NCBI GenBank assembly: GCA_947464595.1
Contig: CANHXO010000001.1
Span: 1 to 59,369 of the forward strand
Reading direction: 5' to 3'
Length of the DNA: 59,369 nucleotides
Source: Cytophagaceae bacterium
Lineage (GTDB): Bacteria; Bacteroidota; Bacteroidia; Cytophagales; Spirosomataceae
In this document: positions 9,796 through 20,733 of the stretch, piece by piece
Position numbering within the stretch: the stretch's first letter is position 1
Layout: every line of letters starts with the position of its first letter
Position numbers and translations under genes: made by a program
The notes under the pieces: generated by a model
The model's database searches: none
What the model was told of the DNA's origin: nothing
What the model saw: the letters and a program-made list of their open reading frames with translations, nothing else

Positions 9796-12285
9796 ATGGC
9801 AAAAAATTTAGTCATCGTAGAGTCTCCAGCAAAAGCTAAAACAATTGAAGGTTATTTAGGCAAAGATTTTGTAGTAAAATCTTCATTTGGTCACGTAAGA
9901 GATTTACCTACGAAAGGTGATAAGGTTATTGACATTGACAATGATTTTACTCCTACCTATGTCATTTCTCCTGATAAAACTAAAGTGATATCAGAGTTAA
10001 AAAGTTTGGCAAAATCATCAGAGGAAGTTTGGTTAGCGACGGATGATGACCGAGAAGGAGAATCTATTTCTTGGCATTTAAAAGAAGCACTTGGTTTGAA
10101 AAATTCGACTAAGCGAATTGTTTTTCGTGAAATCACAGAAACTGCTATTAAAAAGGCCATTCTTAATCCACGTGAGATTGATATGGATTTGGTCAATGCT
10201 CAACAAGCAAGAAGAATTATGGACCGTTTAATCGGTTTTGAACTTTCTCCTGTATTGTGGTCTAAAGTGCAAAGAGGTTTGTCAGCGGGCCGGGTTCAAT
10301 CTGTTGCGGTACGTTTGATTGTGGAGCGGGAGAAAGAAATCGAAAAGCATGATTCTACTTCTAGTTATAAAGCCGTTGCATTATTTGATTTACCAGGAAA
10401 GAAAGTTTTAAGGGCGGAATTATCAAAATCATTTTCCAAAGAAAATGAAGCGGTTGAATTCTTGAAAAAATGCGTTGGGTCCACTTTCTCAATTAAGAAT
10501 TTAGAAACAAAACCGGCTAAGAAAACGCCTGCGCCTCCATTTACTACGTCAACTTTACAGCAAGAAGCATCTCGGAAGTTGGGATATGCCGTGGCTACCA
10601 CGATGTCAATTGCTCAGAAATTATACGAATCCGGCCGTATTTCTTATATGAGAACTGATTCAACCATGTTATCTCAGGAGGCTCGGGAGAAAGCTAAGAA
10701 AGCCATTGAATCAGCTTATGGTGCTAAATTTCATCACGAAAGACAGTTTAAAACAAAGTCTGAAAGTGCTCAAGAAGCTCACGAAGCCATTAGGCCAACA
10801 GATTTTGAAATAAGCACCATTACAGGTGATGCCAGGGAGAAGCGCTTATATGAATTGATTTGGAAAAGAGCGATAGCTTCTCAAATGGCAGATGCCCTGA
10901 TTGAACGTACTATTGCTCAAATTGATATTTCGACTACTCCTGAAATTTTAGTTGCTCAAGGAGAAGTAATAGCCTTTGAGGGTTTCTTAAAAGCTTATCT
11001 AGAAGGGAAAGATGAGGAGGACGAAGATGAAAATAAAGATATGCTTCCACCTCTTTCCATTGGTCAAATACTTAGTTTAAATGAATTAAAGGCGTCTGAA
11101 AGGTTTACTAGGCCAGCTGCTCGTTATACAGAAGCTAGTTTAGTGAAGGCTTTAGAGGAACGTGGAATCGGTAGGCCATCGACTTATGCGCCAACGATTT
11201 CAACGATCATTAAACGTGCTTACGTGGTGAAAGAGGATCGCGATGGAAAAGAAAGAAAGTTTCAATCCTGGATTTTAAAGGATGATGAAATTTCTGGTTC
11301 AATCAATACAGAAATTGTTGGTACTGAAAAAGCCAAACTTTTTCCTACCCACATTGGGACTTTAGTGACTGAATTTTTAGTTGATAATTTTGAAAATGTC
11401 GTTGATTATACTTTTACGGCAGAAATGGAAGATCAATTTGATAACATTGCTAAAGGTAAGTTAGCATGGACAGTCTTAATGAAAAGCTTTTATGCTAGTT
11501 TTCATCAAACGATTGAAAATAGTAAATCGATCACTAGGACTTCTATAGGCGGTGGTCGAGAGTTGGGTTTAGATCCAGAAACGGGTCGTAAAATTTCAGT
11601 TCGTTCCGGGAGATTTGGCCCATTTGTACAATTGGGTGAATCAGGAGAAGAGGAAAAACCTACATTTGCTAATTTAGGTAATCAACAAAATTTGGCTACA
11701 ATTACACTCGATGAAGCAATTTTGCTTTTAGCAAGACCTAAACTACCTAGAGAAATTGGTATTTCTGAGGATAAACCTGTAGTCATTGGAGCTGGTAGAT
11801 TAGGTCCTTACATTAAATATGATGGCAATTTTACGAGTCTTCCCGAAAATTACGATCCATTTACAATCGAATTAGAAACAGCTCTTTTGGTGATTAAAAG
11901 TGCTGCATTAGCCGCAGAAGCTGGAGGTTTAGGTTATTTTGAAGATCATCTAATTGAAACGGGCAAGGGCCGTTTTGGTCCCTATGTTAAACACAATAGT
12001 AAGTATTATTCGCTAGGAAAAGCGGATGCTTTAACAAGCATTACTCAGGAAAGAGCCATAGAACTAATTTTAGCTAAAAGAAATTTAGAAGCGAACAAAT
12101 TCATTAAGGAATTTCCTGAAAATGCAATGGTCAAAATTGTGAATGGAATGTATGGGCCTTATATTCAAATAGGTAAAAGAAATGTTAAAATTCCCAAAGG
12201 CCAAAAACCTGAAGAATTAAGCTTAGATGAATGTTTAGCTTTAGGTGATGCAGCTCCAGTTGCAACTAAAAAACGAAAAAAATAG
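9796..12285 (+). CDS. topA: DNA topoisomerase I (type IA) with C-terminal Toprim_C repeats
   Basis: [37 protein letters not shown]; four GRFGPY-like C-terminal repeats and no Cys4 zinc ribbons. Confidence 0.98.
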   Translation: MAKNLVIVESPAKAKTIEGYLGKDFVVKSSFGHVRDLPTKGDKVIDIDNDFTPTYVISPDKTKVISELKSLAKSSEEVWLATDDDREGESISWHLKEALGLKNSTKRIVFREITETAIKKAILNPREIDMDLVNAQQARRIMDRLIGFELSPVLWSKVQRGLSAGRVQSVAVRLIVEREKEIEKHDSTSSYKAVALFDLPGKKVLRAELSKSFSKENEAVEFLKKCVGSTFSIKNLETKPAKKTPAPPFTTSTLQQEASRKLGYAVATTMSIAQKLYESGRISYMRTDSTMLSQEAREKAKKAIESAYGAKFHHERQFKTKSESAQEAHEAIRPTDFEISTITGDAREKRLYELIWKRAIASQMADALIERTIAQIDISTTPEILVAQGEVIAFEGFLKAYLEGKDEEDEDENKDMLPPLSIGQILSLNELKASERFTRPAARYTEASLVKALEERGIGRPSTYAPTISTIIKRAYVVKEDRDGKERKFQSWILKDDEISGSINTEIVGTEKAKLFPTHIGTLVTEFLVDNFENVVDYTFTAEMEDQFDNIAKGKLAWTVLMKSFYASFHQTIENSKSITRTSIGGGRELGLDPETGRKISVRSGRFGPFVQLGESGEEEKPTFANLGNQQNLATITLDEAILLLARPKLPREIGISEDKPVVIGAGRLGPYIKYDGNFTSLPENYDPFTIELETALLVIKSAALAAEAGGLGYFEDHLIETGKGRFGPYVKHNSKYYSLGKADALTSITQERAIELILAKRNLEANKFIKEFPENAMVKIVNGMYGPYIQIGKRNVKIPKGQKPEELSLDECLALGDAAPVATKKRKK

Positions 12286-12293
12286 GTAAAGAT

Positions 12294-13178
12294 ATGGGCC
12301 AAATTATAGATGGAAAATATGTAGCTGAAACGATGAAATCAGCTATTGCCCTAGAAGTTTCAGAATTGATTCTTGCAGGAAAAAGACCTCCTCATTTAGT
12401 AGCTATCTTGGTTGGAAATAATGGTGCTTCTGAAACTTATGTGGCCAATAAAGTTAAATCGTGTGAGGAATTAGGCTTTGTTTCTACTTTATTGCGCTTC
12501 CCCCCTTCTATTTCAGAAAATGAATTAGTGCAACAAGTGCTAAATATCAATAATAATCCTGAAATGGATGGTTTAATCGTGCAATTACCGTTGCCTGACC
12601 ATATTAATCCAGATAAAATAATGGAAACAATTGACCCCCGCAAGGATGTTGACGGTTTTCATCCGATCAACATAGGTCGCATGGCCAAGGGATTGCCAGC
12701 TTATATTTCTGCTACCCCTCAAGGTGTTTTAGATCTACTAGCCTATTATAAGATTGAAACAGCTGGTAAGCATTGCGTGGTAGTAGGTCGAAGCCAAATT
12801 GTAGGTTTGCCCATGTCTATTTTAATGCAAAGAAATCATCCAATTGGTAATTGTACGGTCACACTAACGCATTCAAAAACAAAAAAATTAATTGAAATTT
12901 GCCAACAAGCTGATATACTAATCGCGGCTTTAGGAAAACCCGAATTTCTTAATGCATCGTATGTAAAAGAGGGAGCCGTGATCATTGATGTAGGCTTGAC
13001 GCGCGTGATTGATGAATCAAAAAAATCAGGATTTGCACTCAAAGGTGATGTTGATTTTGATGATGTTTTTGAAAAATGTTCTTACATAACTCCTGTTCCT
13101 AAAGGTGTAGGACCTATGACAATCGTTTCTCTAATGAAAAATACCTTATTGGCAGCTAAACGTGTTATTTACGCCTAA
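12294..13178 (+). CDS. folD: Bifunctional methylenetetrahydrofolate dehydrogenase/cyclohydrolase
   Basis: [38 protein letters not shown]. Confidence 0.97.
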   Translation: MGQIIDGKYVAETMKSAIALEVSELILAGKRPPHLVAILVGNNGASETYVANKVKSCEELGFVSTLLRFPPSISENELVQQVLNINNNPEMDGLIVQLPLPDHINPDKIMETIDPRKDVDGFHPINIGRMAKGLPAYISATPQGVLDLLAYYKIETAGKHCVVVGRSQIVGLPMSILMQRNHPIGNCTVTLTHSKTKKLIEICQQADILIAALGKPEFLNASYVKEGAVIIDVGLTRVIDESKKSGFALKGDVDFDDVFEKCSYITPVPKGVGPMTIVSLMKNTLLAAKRVIYA

Positions 13179-14083
13179 TCTATTTGATATAGGTAGCGGT
13201 GAAAAACACCTAGTGGAAGTTTTTTGTTAAAAGAATCGTTTAGGTAAATTTCTCCAAATTCAGCATTTTCAGGTACATCAAATATTCCATTCAATAAATT
13301 TTCTACGACTAGTGTAGAAAATCCTAATGAATAAACATTCGTCAACAAAATATGCTCTTTCGGATCTAAAATTTCCTTCACCGATAGTAACATATCCTCA
13401 ATTTGCTCTTCTAATACCCATTTTTCGCCATCAGGTCCTCTCCCATAGGCAGGTGGGTCTAATAAAATGCCTTGATAGAAATTCCCTCTTCTAGCCTCTC
13501 TTTTAACAAATTTTAAAGCATCTTCAGCCATCCAACGGATCGAATCTAGTTTTGATACCTCCATATTTTCCCTTGCCCAAGATAATACAGGTTTCACGGA
13601 ATCTACATGGGTTACCTCAGCCCCCATTTGTCGGCATACCAAACTCGCACCTCCTGTATAGGCAAATAGATTTAAAAATTTAGGTTTGCTATTTTTGATT
13701 TTAGGAATGTTTTTTGCTAAAAACTCCCAGTTGGACGCTTGTTCAGGAAATAAGCCTACATGTTTAAAGGACGATAATGAAATTTTAAAATTTAAATCTA
13801 ATAATTCAGATTTATAGTTTAAAAACCATTTTTCCGGCGTCTTTTTTTGAATATCCCAAAAACCCTTTTCTGAACTTCCTTTCTCTTTTTTAAAATAGGC
13901 GTCTGTTTTGGATTTCCATATTTCTTCCGATAATGATTTGCGCCAAACAGCTTGAGGTTCAGGCCTTCTAACACAAAAACTTCCAAATTGCTCTAACTTT
14001 TCAAATCCTCCAGAATCAATTAATACATACGATTTCTCCCAAAATTTTGGAGTATCAATGGCGATGGTTGGTGTATTTTTCAA
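13175..14083 (-). CDS. Class I SAM-dependent methyltransferase (RlmI/YwbD-related, short form)
   Basis: [34 protein letters not shown] start. Confidence 0.85.
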   Translation of the reverse strand: MKNTPTIAIDTPKFWEKSYVLIDSGGFEKLEQFGSFCVRRPEPQAVWRKSLSEEIWKSKTDAYFKKEKGSSEKGFWDIQKKTPEKWFLNYKSELLDLNFKISLSSFKHVGLFPEQASNWEFLAKNIPKIKNSKPKFLNLFAYTGGASLVCRQMGAEVTHVDSVKPVLSWARENMEVSKLDSIRWMAEDALKFVKREARRGNFYQGILLDPPAYGRGPDGEKWVLEEQIEDMLLSVKEILDPKEHILLTNVYSLGFSTLVVENLLNGIFDVPENAEFGEIYLNDSFNKKLPLGVFHRYLYQID

Positions 14084-14084
14084 T

Positions 14085-15701
14085 TTATGGATTGATTTGA
14101 ATTTTATTTAAAAAGAACACACTACGTCGGCCGTCTTCTTGATTAGAAATTGTTTGATATCCATTGGCTATGAAATATGGACCATACCAATAGTTGATTT
14201 CGGATTTTACAGTTCTTCTAACTTTTTCTAATTTATCTTCTGGAATAATTTCTTGCACGCGTATGTTTTCATTTTTTCCATAGTTTGAAATGGATTTAGT
14301 AATTATTTGATCATTTTGATGGTAAGATAAATAAACGGTATTATCTACCACAGAGGCTTTAATTTTTTGAATAAGTTTCTCCTCTCTATTATCATTTAAA
14401 TCAATGCAATGATCCCAAAGTAATTTACCATCCTTATCTAATTCAGCGATAACAGCATGCGTATAAATCCAACCATCGAATTGCTGTTGGTTCCCATAGC
14501 TATTAAATCCTCGATATCCCCAAGGACTGTAATAACTTGAGAATGGCGAATACATACCATAATTTCCATATCCCCAACGATATGGATTCATCATGGTCCA
14601 ATATGGGGAATAAAATCCTCCCAATCCACCCATTAACATAGAGCCACCAAAGGGACTAAAATTATTGTATTTATAATCAGGATAAAATGCCTCAGCGATG
14701 ATGATGTAATTCTCTCCATTTTTTATGATATCATGCATTAGCAAGCGATAATCTAATCGTAAATCTTCTCCTTTTATCTCTTTATCTTTGATTCGCTTCT
14801 CTTGTCTCTCCTTTTGTTTGGGAGTTAAAAAGTTGAAAAAATCATTGAATTTTGTGAAACTATAATAAGTCGATTTTACAATATTTCCATCGATAAATGA
14901 GTTGAAATACAAACCTTGTGAGCTAGGTCCACGAGAGGAGCCAATGCTATTTTTATGACCATAAGTACCTACTATAACTTGTAGGGAGTCATTAATTTGA
15001 TTCAATTTCCCATTCATCATCGCAAATTCCTCACTTGGATTCATATATACTTGTCCAATTTGATTTCCATCCTCATCAAATGATTTAATGATTAATTGAT
15101 AGTCTTTTGCTTTATTACCAACCGAATAAGTAACATTAATTTGTTGCTGGGTGGTATCTAAATCCATGGATTGAATCTCAGCCTGCCCTTTGACGACTGC
15201 CGGTAAAATTCTAGTTTTACGCTCCTTTAAATTAGTAAATAAGATAATGGGTTGATTGTTCACCATTCCACCAATAAACAAGGAATAATTCAAGGCTTTG
15301 AAATTAGAAATTTCAATACGGTCCACGGAATATATTTGATATTTAGTTATAGCTCCTGAATCAACCATTACTCTGAAAATCACATAGGAATTACTTCTAA
15401 ACCGGCTAAATAATAATGATAAGACCGTTCCATCAAAACTAGATGTTACATAGTCTAAGTTGGACTCCAAATTGGTATTATTGCTCCATAATTGTTCTAA
15501 ATCAGTCGAAAATTTACGGATATTAAAGGATTGTTTATTTAATTGGGATAAAACAATAAGCCCTTGATCACCAATGGGAATATTGAACGTTTCAAGGTCA
15601 TTTCCTTGAGCGGGAAATTCTATTCTTTTATTATTGATTTGGCCATAAGAGATTTCTAAGGCTATCATTTGTAAAAGAACCGTCAAAAATAGATATTTCA
15701 T
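14085..15701 (-). CDS. Secreted hypothetical protein, beta-propeller-like, with Gly/Tyr/Trp-rich insertion
   Basis: Signal peptide; repeated 'D..G..W' blade-like segments; low-complexity GGLGGFYSPYW...GYGNYGMYSPF stretch. Confidence 0.6.
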   Translation of the reverse strand: MKYLFLTVLLQMIALEISYGQINNKRIEFPAQGNDLETFNIPIGDQGLIVLSQLNKQSFNIRKFSTDLEQLWSNNTNLESNLDYVTSSFDGTVLSLLFSRFRSNSYVIFRVMVDSGAITKYQIYSVDRIEISNFKALNYSLFIGGMVNNQPIILFTNLKERKTRILPAVVKGQAEIQSMDLDTTQQQINVTYSVGNKAKDYQLIIKSFDEDGNQIGQVYMNPSEEFAMMNGKLNQINDSLQVIVGTYGHKNSIGSSRGPSSQGLYFNSFIDGNIVKSTYYSFTKFNDFFNFLTPKQKERQEKRIKDKEIKGEDLRLDYRLLMHDIIKNGENYIIIAEAFYPDYKYNNFSPFGGSMLMGGLGGFYSPYWTMMNPYRWGYGNYGMYSPFSSYYSPWGYRGFNSYGNQQQFDGWIYTHAVIAELDKDGKLLWDHCIDLNDNREEKLIQKIKASVVDNTVYLSYHQNDQIITKSISNYGKNENIRVQEIIPEDKLEKVRRTVKSEINYWYGPYFIANGYQTISNQEDGRRSVFFLNKIQINP

Positions 15702-15705
15702 AGGA

Positions 15706-16110
15706 CTACTCGGCTAAACTTAATATAATATCAAATTCATGTTTTCCAACAGGCGTAACAGACAATCTAGATTGTTTTATTAAAGCTAAATTAGACAATC
15801 GATCATCTGATTTCATCATTTTTAAGGTAACCGTTTTATTGAGCTTTTTTATTGGAACAATTTCAACGACGACCCATCTTGGGTCCTCAGTGGTAGGGTC
15901 TTGATAATATTCTTTTTTTACTTCAGCTAAACCTACGACTTCCATTCCTTCATTTGAATGATAAAAGAAGACCCAGTCCCCCTTTTTCATTTCTTTCATG
16001 TTATTCCTGGCTTGGTAATTTCTTACCCCATCCCAAACAGACTTCTTTTCTTTAACGAAATCATCCCAAGAATATTTGAAAGGCTCTGACTTTACTAACC
16101 AATAATTCAT
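15706..16110 (-). CDS. EVE domain protein (PUA-like)
   Basis: YWLVKSEP, WDGVRNYQARN, FFYHS, RLSVTPV. Confidence 0.93.
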   Translation of the reverse strand: MNYWLVKSEPFKYSWDDFVKEKKSVWDGVRNYQARNNMKEMKKGDWVFFYHSNEGMEVVGLAEVKKEYYQDPTTEDPRWVVVEIVPIKKLNKTVTLKMMKSDDRLSNLALIKQSRLSVTPVGKHEFDIILSLAE

Positions 16111-16111
16111 T

Positions 16112-16936
16112 TTAAGGAAATTTAGGAAATTTTGAAAAATCTGGTTTACGTTTTTCTAGAAAAGCATTTTTTCCTTCTTTGGCTTCATCTGATAAATAGT
16201 ACAATAAGGTTGCATTTCCTGCTAATTCTTGGATACCTGCTTGACCATCTAATTCAGCATTGAATGAAGATTTTAACATTCTTAAGGCTAATGGGCTTTT
16301 TTCCAAAATTCTTTCACACCAAGATATGGTGGTGCTTTCTAATTCGCCTAAGGGGACCACTTTGTTAACTAATCCCATCTCATAAGCTTCTTTAGCGTCA
16401 TATTGATCGCATAAATACCATATTTCCCGAGCCTTTTTTTGCCCAACGACGCGTGCTAAATAGGATGCGCCAAAACCACCATCAAAAGAACCCACATTCG
16501 GTCCAGTTTGACCAAATCGAGCATTGTCAGCTGCAATGCTTAAGTCACAAATCACATGCAATACGTGTCCTCCTCCGATCGCCCAGCCTGCTACCATCGC
16601 AATAACGGGTTTTGGAATGGTACGTATTTGCCTTTGTAGATCCAACACATTTAATCTAGGCACTTGGTCTTTTCCCACATATCCACCATCTCCACGAACA
16701 CTTTGATCTCCACCTGAACAGAAAGCCTTCCCTCCTTCTCCAGTTAATATAATGACTCCTATTCTTGTGTCTTGGCGTGCTAATTCCATTGCTTCAGACA
16801 TTTCTTGTACTGTTAATGGAGTAAACGCATTATGCTTATGCGGCCTATTAATTGATATTTTTCCTATTCCGTTATGAAATTGGAACAAAATATCGTTGTA
16901 TTCTTTAATGGTCTCCCAATTTACTTTTGTTATCAT
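16112..16936 (-). CDS. menB: 1,4-dihydroxy-2-naphthoyl-CoA synthase
   Basis: [33 protein letters not shown]. Confidence 0.97.
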   Translation of the reverse strand: MITKVNWETIKEYNDILFQFHNGIGKISINRPHKHNAFTPLTVQEMSEAMELARQDTRIGVIILTGEGGKAFCSGGDQSVRGDGGYVGKDQVPRLNVLDLQRQIRTIPKPVIAMVAGWAIGGGHVLHVICDLSIAADNARFGQTGPNVGSFDGGFGASYLARVVGQKKAREIWYLCDQYDAKEAYEMGLVNKVVPLGELESTTISWCERILEKSPLALRMLKSSFNAELDGQAGIQELAGNATLLYYLSDEAKEGKNAFLEKRKPDFSKFPKFP

Positions 16937-16937
16937 T

Positions 16938-17393
16938 TTATTCCTTGTTTAAATCATCGTTGTAAGTGACATCCCAAGTGTGATCTGCTAGCAATGTTAC
17001 TTTAGCTAAAAATCTACTATACTTAAAAGATCGGCCCCATTCTTCTGGCGCTACTAAAGATAATAAATCTTGACCTGATTCTTTTTCGTATAAATAATAG
17101 GTTTCACTAATGATAGGTTCAAAACCCATGGCAGCATCATAAATTCTTTCTGAGATTTCTTTACGTTCAGATAAAAGTTTTGCTTGTTTAGCTAAAACTT
17201 CCATTTGTTCATAAAGCTGGTTCATTTGCCGATCGGTTTGTTGGCGCATGGCCTTCACAGATCTCCCTTTGGTTTTACCCATATCTTCTGGCTTTATAAC
17301 GGCACCACCTGCCGTATGCGCATAAGGAAGTAATCCAGGATTTTGTGCAACCTTTTCTGGATTGATGGGATTTAAAAATGATTCTTCTGACAT
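16938..17393 (-). CDS. DUF2452 domain protein
   Basis: LPYAHT..GA.IKP, F.P....[19 protein letters not shown]. Confidence 0.8.
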   Translation of the reverse strand: MSEESFLNPINPEKVAQNPGLLPYAHTAGGAVIKPEDMGKTKGRSVKAMRQQTDRQMNQLYEQMEVLAKQAKLLSERKEISERIYDAAMGFEPIISETYYLYEKESGQDLLSLVAPEEWGRSFKYSRFLAKVTLLADHTWDVTYNDDLNKE

Positions 17394-17477
17394 TAATATG
17401 TATTAATTATATTTGAATCCTTTATTAACCCACGAAATTAGAGAATGTTTGGCTAATTTTGGAGAGAATGTTAATTT

Positions 17478-18545
17478 ATGCTCGTATTTAATCCACATCA
17501 AGCTAATTATCCTGAGCCCTTAAATTCTTTTCAAAAAGAAGTATTTGATTTTTGTCAACAATGGAACTCGGGAAAAAATGAGTTTTTATTCCAGACAAGT
17601 GGTTCTACCGGAAAGCCAAAGCCCATTCATTTAGCTAGAAAAAGTATGATTGAATCGGCTATGATGACCCAATCTTGGCTTCATTTGAAAGAGGGAGATC
17701 ATGCTTTACTATGTTTACCTATTCAGTATATTGCTGGTGCCATAATCCTCGTCAGGGCTCTAGTTTTAAAGTTAAACATTGTTCTCATTGAACCGTCACA
17801 AAACCCTTTAGAAGGCATTAAAAAACCGATTGAAATACACCTCGCGTCTTTTGTTACGACCCAATGGTCAACAATTATGGAATCTAAATTCAACTTATAT
17901 TCCATTTTTTCAGATGTTAAAGGAATCTTAATCGGTGGATCAGAATTAACTTCATCTTTGGAATTATTGACCCAAGATATCCAATTGCCTATATTTCAAA
18001 CTTATGGCATGACGGAAACTGCTTCACATATTGCTTACAGGCTAATCAGTGCGAAAACTAATTTTTATCAATGTTTACCTGAGGTAAAGATTAAAATTAA
18101 TGCAAATGGATGCTTGAGCATAAATTCCCCTACTACCCTAAATAAATGGATTGATACGAATGATATGGCTGAATTAATGACTCCGAATCAATTTAGAATA
18201 ATGGGCCGAAGTGATTTTATAATAAATTCGGGGGGCAGAAAGATTAATCCTGCCATTATTGAAAAATGTTCTCAACAATTTTTAATAGAGCATTCACTTG
18301 GGTTTAAACTTTTTGCTTGTGGCTTACCGGATGATTTTTATGGCCAAAAATTAGTTTTGTTGATTGAAACCTCCAATGATTTTCATCTTAAATTGGAACT
18401 AATGGACTATTTGAAACTCAATCTAGATAATTGGGAAGTTCCGAAGCAACTCTTATTTTTGCCCCATTTTTTATATACTGATTCAGGAAAAATTGATCGA
18501 CCAAATACATTAACTTTGTATGTAAATAATTTAAAATTATCATGA
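17478..18545 (+). CDS. menE: AMP-binding protein, probable O-succinylbenzoate-CoA ligase
   Basis: TSGSTGKPK, TYGMTET, GRSDFIINSGGRKI, SGKIDR; divergent from the menB operon. Confidence 0.8.
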   Translation: MLVFNPHQANYPEPLNSFQKEVFDFCQQWNSGKNEFLFQTSGSTGKPKPIHLARKSMIESAMMTQSWLHLKEGDHALLCLPIQYIAGAIILVRALVLKLNIVLIEPSQNPLEGIKKPIEIHLASFVTTQWSTIMESKFNLYSIFSDVKGILIGGSELTSSLELLTQDIQLPIFQTYGMTETASHIAYRLISAKTNFYQCLPEVKIKINANGCLSINSPTTLNKWIDTNDMAELMTPNQFRIMGRSDFIINSGGRKINPAIIEKCSQQFLIEHSLGFKLFACGLPDDFYGQKLVLLIETSNDFHLKLELMDYLKLNLDNWEVPKQLLFLPHFLYTDSGKIDRPNTLTLYVNNLKLS

Positions 18546-19312
18546 TGGATTTTATTAATAAAGATTTCAAACTTTTCTATGAAAGTCCGAGTGATATTCC
18601 AGCCCCTTATCATTTTGAGGCTATTTTTGATTTTAAAGGTTTTGAAAATGATCTATTGTCTTTGTCCTTGCATATACAATATGTAGAAAGGGAAGATTTT
18701 ACCAGCGAAGAATTGATTTCGGAAGGTTTAAGCTTAGAAGATACATTTGAATGGTCAGGTGATTTACCGATGATTTGGAAAAATAGATTGGCCTTGAGCT
18801 TTTCTAAATATAAATCGGGGTCATGTGATCCTAAAGATGCCGAGCCTTTTATCGCTATTGAGGCGACTAATTCATCCACCTTTGTTCCCCGATTTTTAGA
18901 ATTTGAAGAAAACTTAGTTCAAGAATTGATGCAAGCCATTTTTGAGATGGCTGAAAAGGAATACCCATTATTTTTGGGATTTCAGTTTAAAAATATAGAT
19001 GAAACTTGGAATAAATATCAGGGGGAACTTTCTTTTGCAAATCTCAATTTTACTTATTCAGATGCAAGTGGAAGAGTCGAAATCATTTCAGACTGGGATA
19101 AATTACAAGATCTAATGAATGCAATATTTATAGCGGAATTTATCAATGAAAAGGCTACTGAAGATTTGAAAAAAGCGAATACTTTTTCTATATTTCCTGG
19201 GGATGGTTTTTGGTATACAGCGGGAGATTCACTTAGAAAACCTAGTGGTAACACTAATTATTTTGATATATTAGAAATGAAATTAAGAGATTTATTTCAG
19301 GAGAATTTATGA
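18542..19312 (+). CDS. Hypothetical protein (acidic)
   Basis: 256-aa ORF overlapping both neighbours (ATGA), consistent with an operon. Confidence 0.7.
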   Translation: MMDFINKDFKLFYESPSDIPAPYHFEAIFDFKGFENDLLSLSLHIQYVEREDFTSEELISEGLSLEDTFEWSGDLPMIWKNRLALSFSKYKSGSCDPKDAEPFIAIEATNSSTFVPRFLEFEENLVQELMQAIFEMAEKEYPLFLGFQFKNIDETWNKYQGELSFANLNFTYSDASGRVEIISDWDKLQDLMNAIFIAEFINEKATEDLKKANTFSIFPGDGFWYTAGDSLRKPSGNTNYFDILEMKLRDLFQENL

Positions 19313-20733
19313 TGAACGAACAAATAAATATGGAAGAGGCTGTTGATAAGGTGTTTTTTTTACAAAAAGCATCCCTTCAACGGCTAAAAAATTCTAGTCC
19401 AGAAGAGCGCATTGCCAAATTAAAATCAATTGAGCATTACATGTTGTCGCACAAACAAGAGTTGTACGATGCATTGTTTGCCGATTTTAAAAAGCCAAGT
19501 TCTGAAGTAGTTATTGGCGAACTTTTAGGAGTAAAAAGAGAAATAGCTCATATCATAAGCCATTTAAAATCTTGGATGAAGCCCCAAAAAGTAGGAACAC
19601 CGCTCCTATTATTGGGAACTCAAGGCTACATTATGGCAGAAGCGAAAGGTCTTTGTTTAATTATCGCTCCATGGAATTACCCTTTTAATTTAGCGATTAA
19701 TCCACTTGTTCATGCCATTGCTGCTGGCAATTCAGTGATATTAAAGCCTTCCGAGCTAAGTCCCAATACCTCGTCATTTATCAAAAAAATGATTTTTTCT
19801 TTATTTGATCAAAGTGAAGTTGCTGTATTTGAAGGAGATGCAACGGTTTCCACATATTTGTTAGAACTAAAATTTGATCATATATTTTTTACTGGTAGTC
19901 CAGCGATCGGAAAAGTAGTGATGCAGGCAGCGGCTAAACATTTAACTTCGGTTACCCTGGAATTAGGTGGTAAATCACCTGCCATTATCGGGGCGGATGT
20001 TGACATCGATTCGTCTGCTAAGAAGATTGCATGGGGTAAATTTTTAAATAATGGACAAACCTGTATTGCTCCTGATTATTTATATGTTCATGAGAAGGTT
20101 TATTACTCTTTTATTGGCGCTTTAGAGGAAACAATAAAATCTTTTTATGATTCAAGCAATAAAGGAATTCAAAATAGCAGTGATTATGCTCGAATAGTCA
20201 ATAAAAGACATTTTAATCGAATATGTCAATTATTAGATGATGCCAAGGCCAAAGGAGCCACCCTGATTTACGGGGGTGAGGTGGACGAATCTACTTGCTT
20301 TATTGCTCCCACCCTGTTGGCCAATTGCACCGATGATATGTTGATAATGCAGGAAGAAATATTTGGTCCAATTTTACCTATTTTGACATTTAAAGATGAA
20401 TCTGAGATCATTTTAAAGTTGTCGAAAGAAGAAAAGCCTTTAGCGCTCTATGTTTTTTCCAAAGATGCTTTGTTTTCGGATTATATATTAAATAACACGA
20501 GTTCTGGCACGAGTGTAGTCAATGATTGTTTAATACAATTTGGTCATTCTAATTTACCTTTTGGTGGAGTTAATCATTCGGGCATTGGTAAATCTGGTGG
20601 TATTTATGGTTTTCAAGAATTTTCAAATCAAAAATCAGTTTTAAAACAGTATACCAACTTATTGAATAATTTTTATCCTCCTTATACCTTTAAAACTAAA
20701 TGGCTCATCGAGCAAGTCTTAAAATGGTTTTAA
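19309..20733 (+). CDS. Aldehyde dehydrogenase (ALDH3/fatty-aldehyde-like)
   Basis: IAPWNYP, FFTGS, LELGGKSP, GQTCIAPDY, EEIFGP, PFGGVNHSGIG. Confidence 0.95.
   Translation: MMNEQINMEEAVDKVFFLQKASLQRLKNSSPEERIAKLKSIEHYMLSHKQELYDALFADFKKPSSEVVIGELLGVKREIAHIISHLKSWMKPQKVGTPLLLLGTQGYIMAEAKGLCLIIAPWNYPFNLAINPLVHAIAAGNSVILKPSELSPNTSSFIKKMIFSLFDQSEVAVFEGDATVSTYLLELKFDHIFFTGSPAIGKVVMQAAAKHLTSVTLELGGKSPAIIGADVDIDSSAKKIAWGKFLNNGQTCIAPDYLYVHEKVYYSFIGALEETIKSFYDSSNKGIQNSSDYARIVNKRHFNRICQLLDDAKAKGATLIYGGEVDESTCFIAPTLLANCTDDMLIMQEEIFGPILPILTFKDESEIILKLSKEEKPLALYVFSKDALFSDYILNNTSSGTSVVNDCLIQFGHSNLPFGGVNHSGIGKSGGIYGFQEFSNQKSVLKQYTNLLNNFYPPYTFKTKWLIEQVLKWF

Noticed and set aside
11560-12250. Four GRFGPY-like repeats in the TopA C-terminus
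   Set aside because: Known Toprim_C repeats common in zinc-ribbon-less TopA; not novel.
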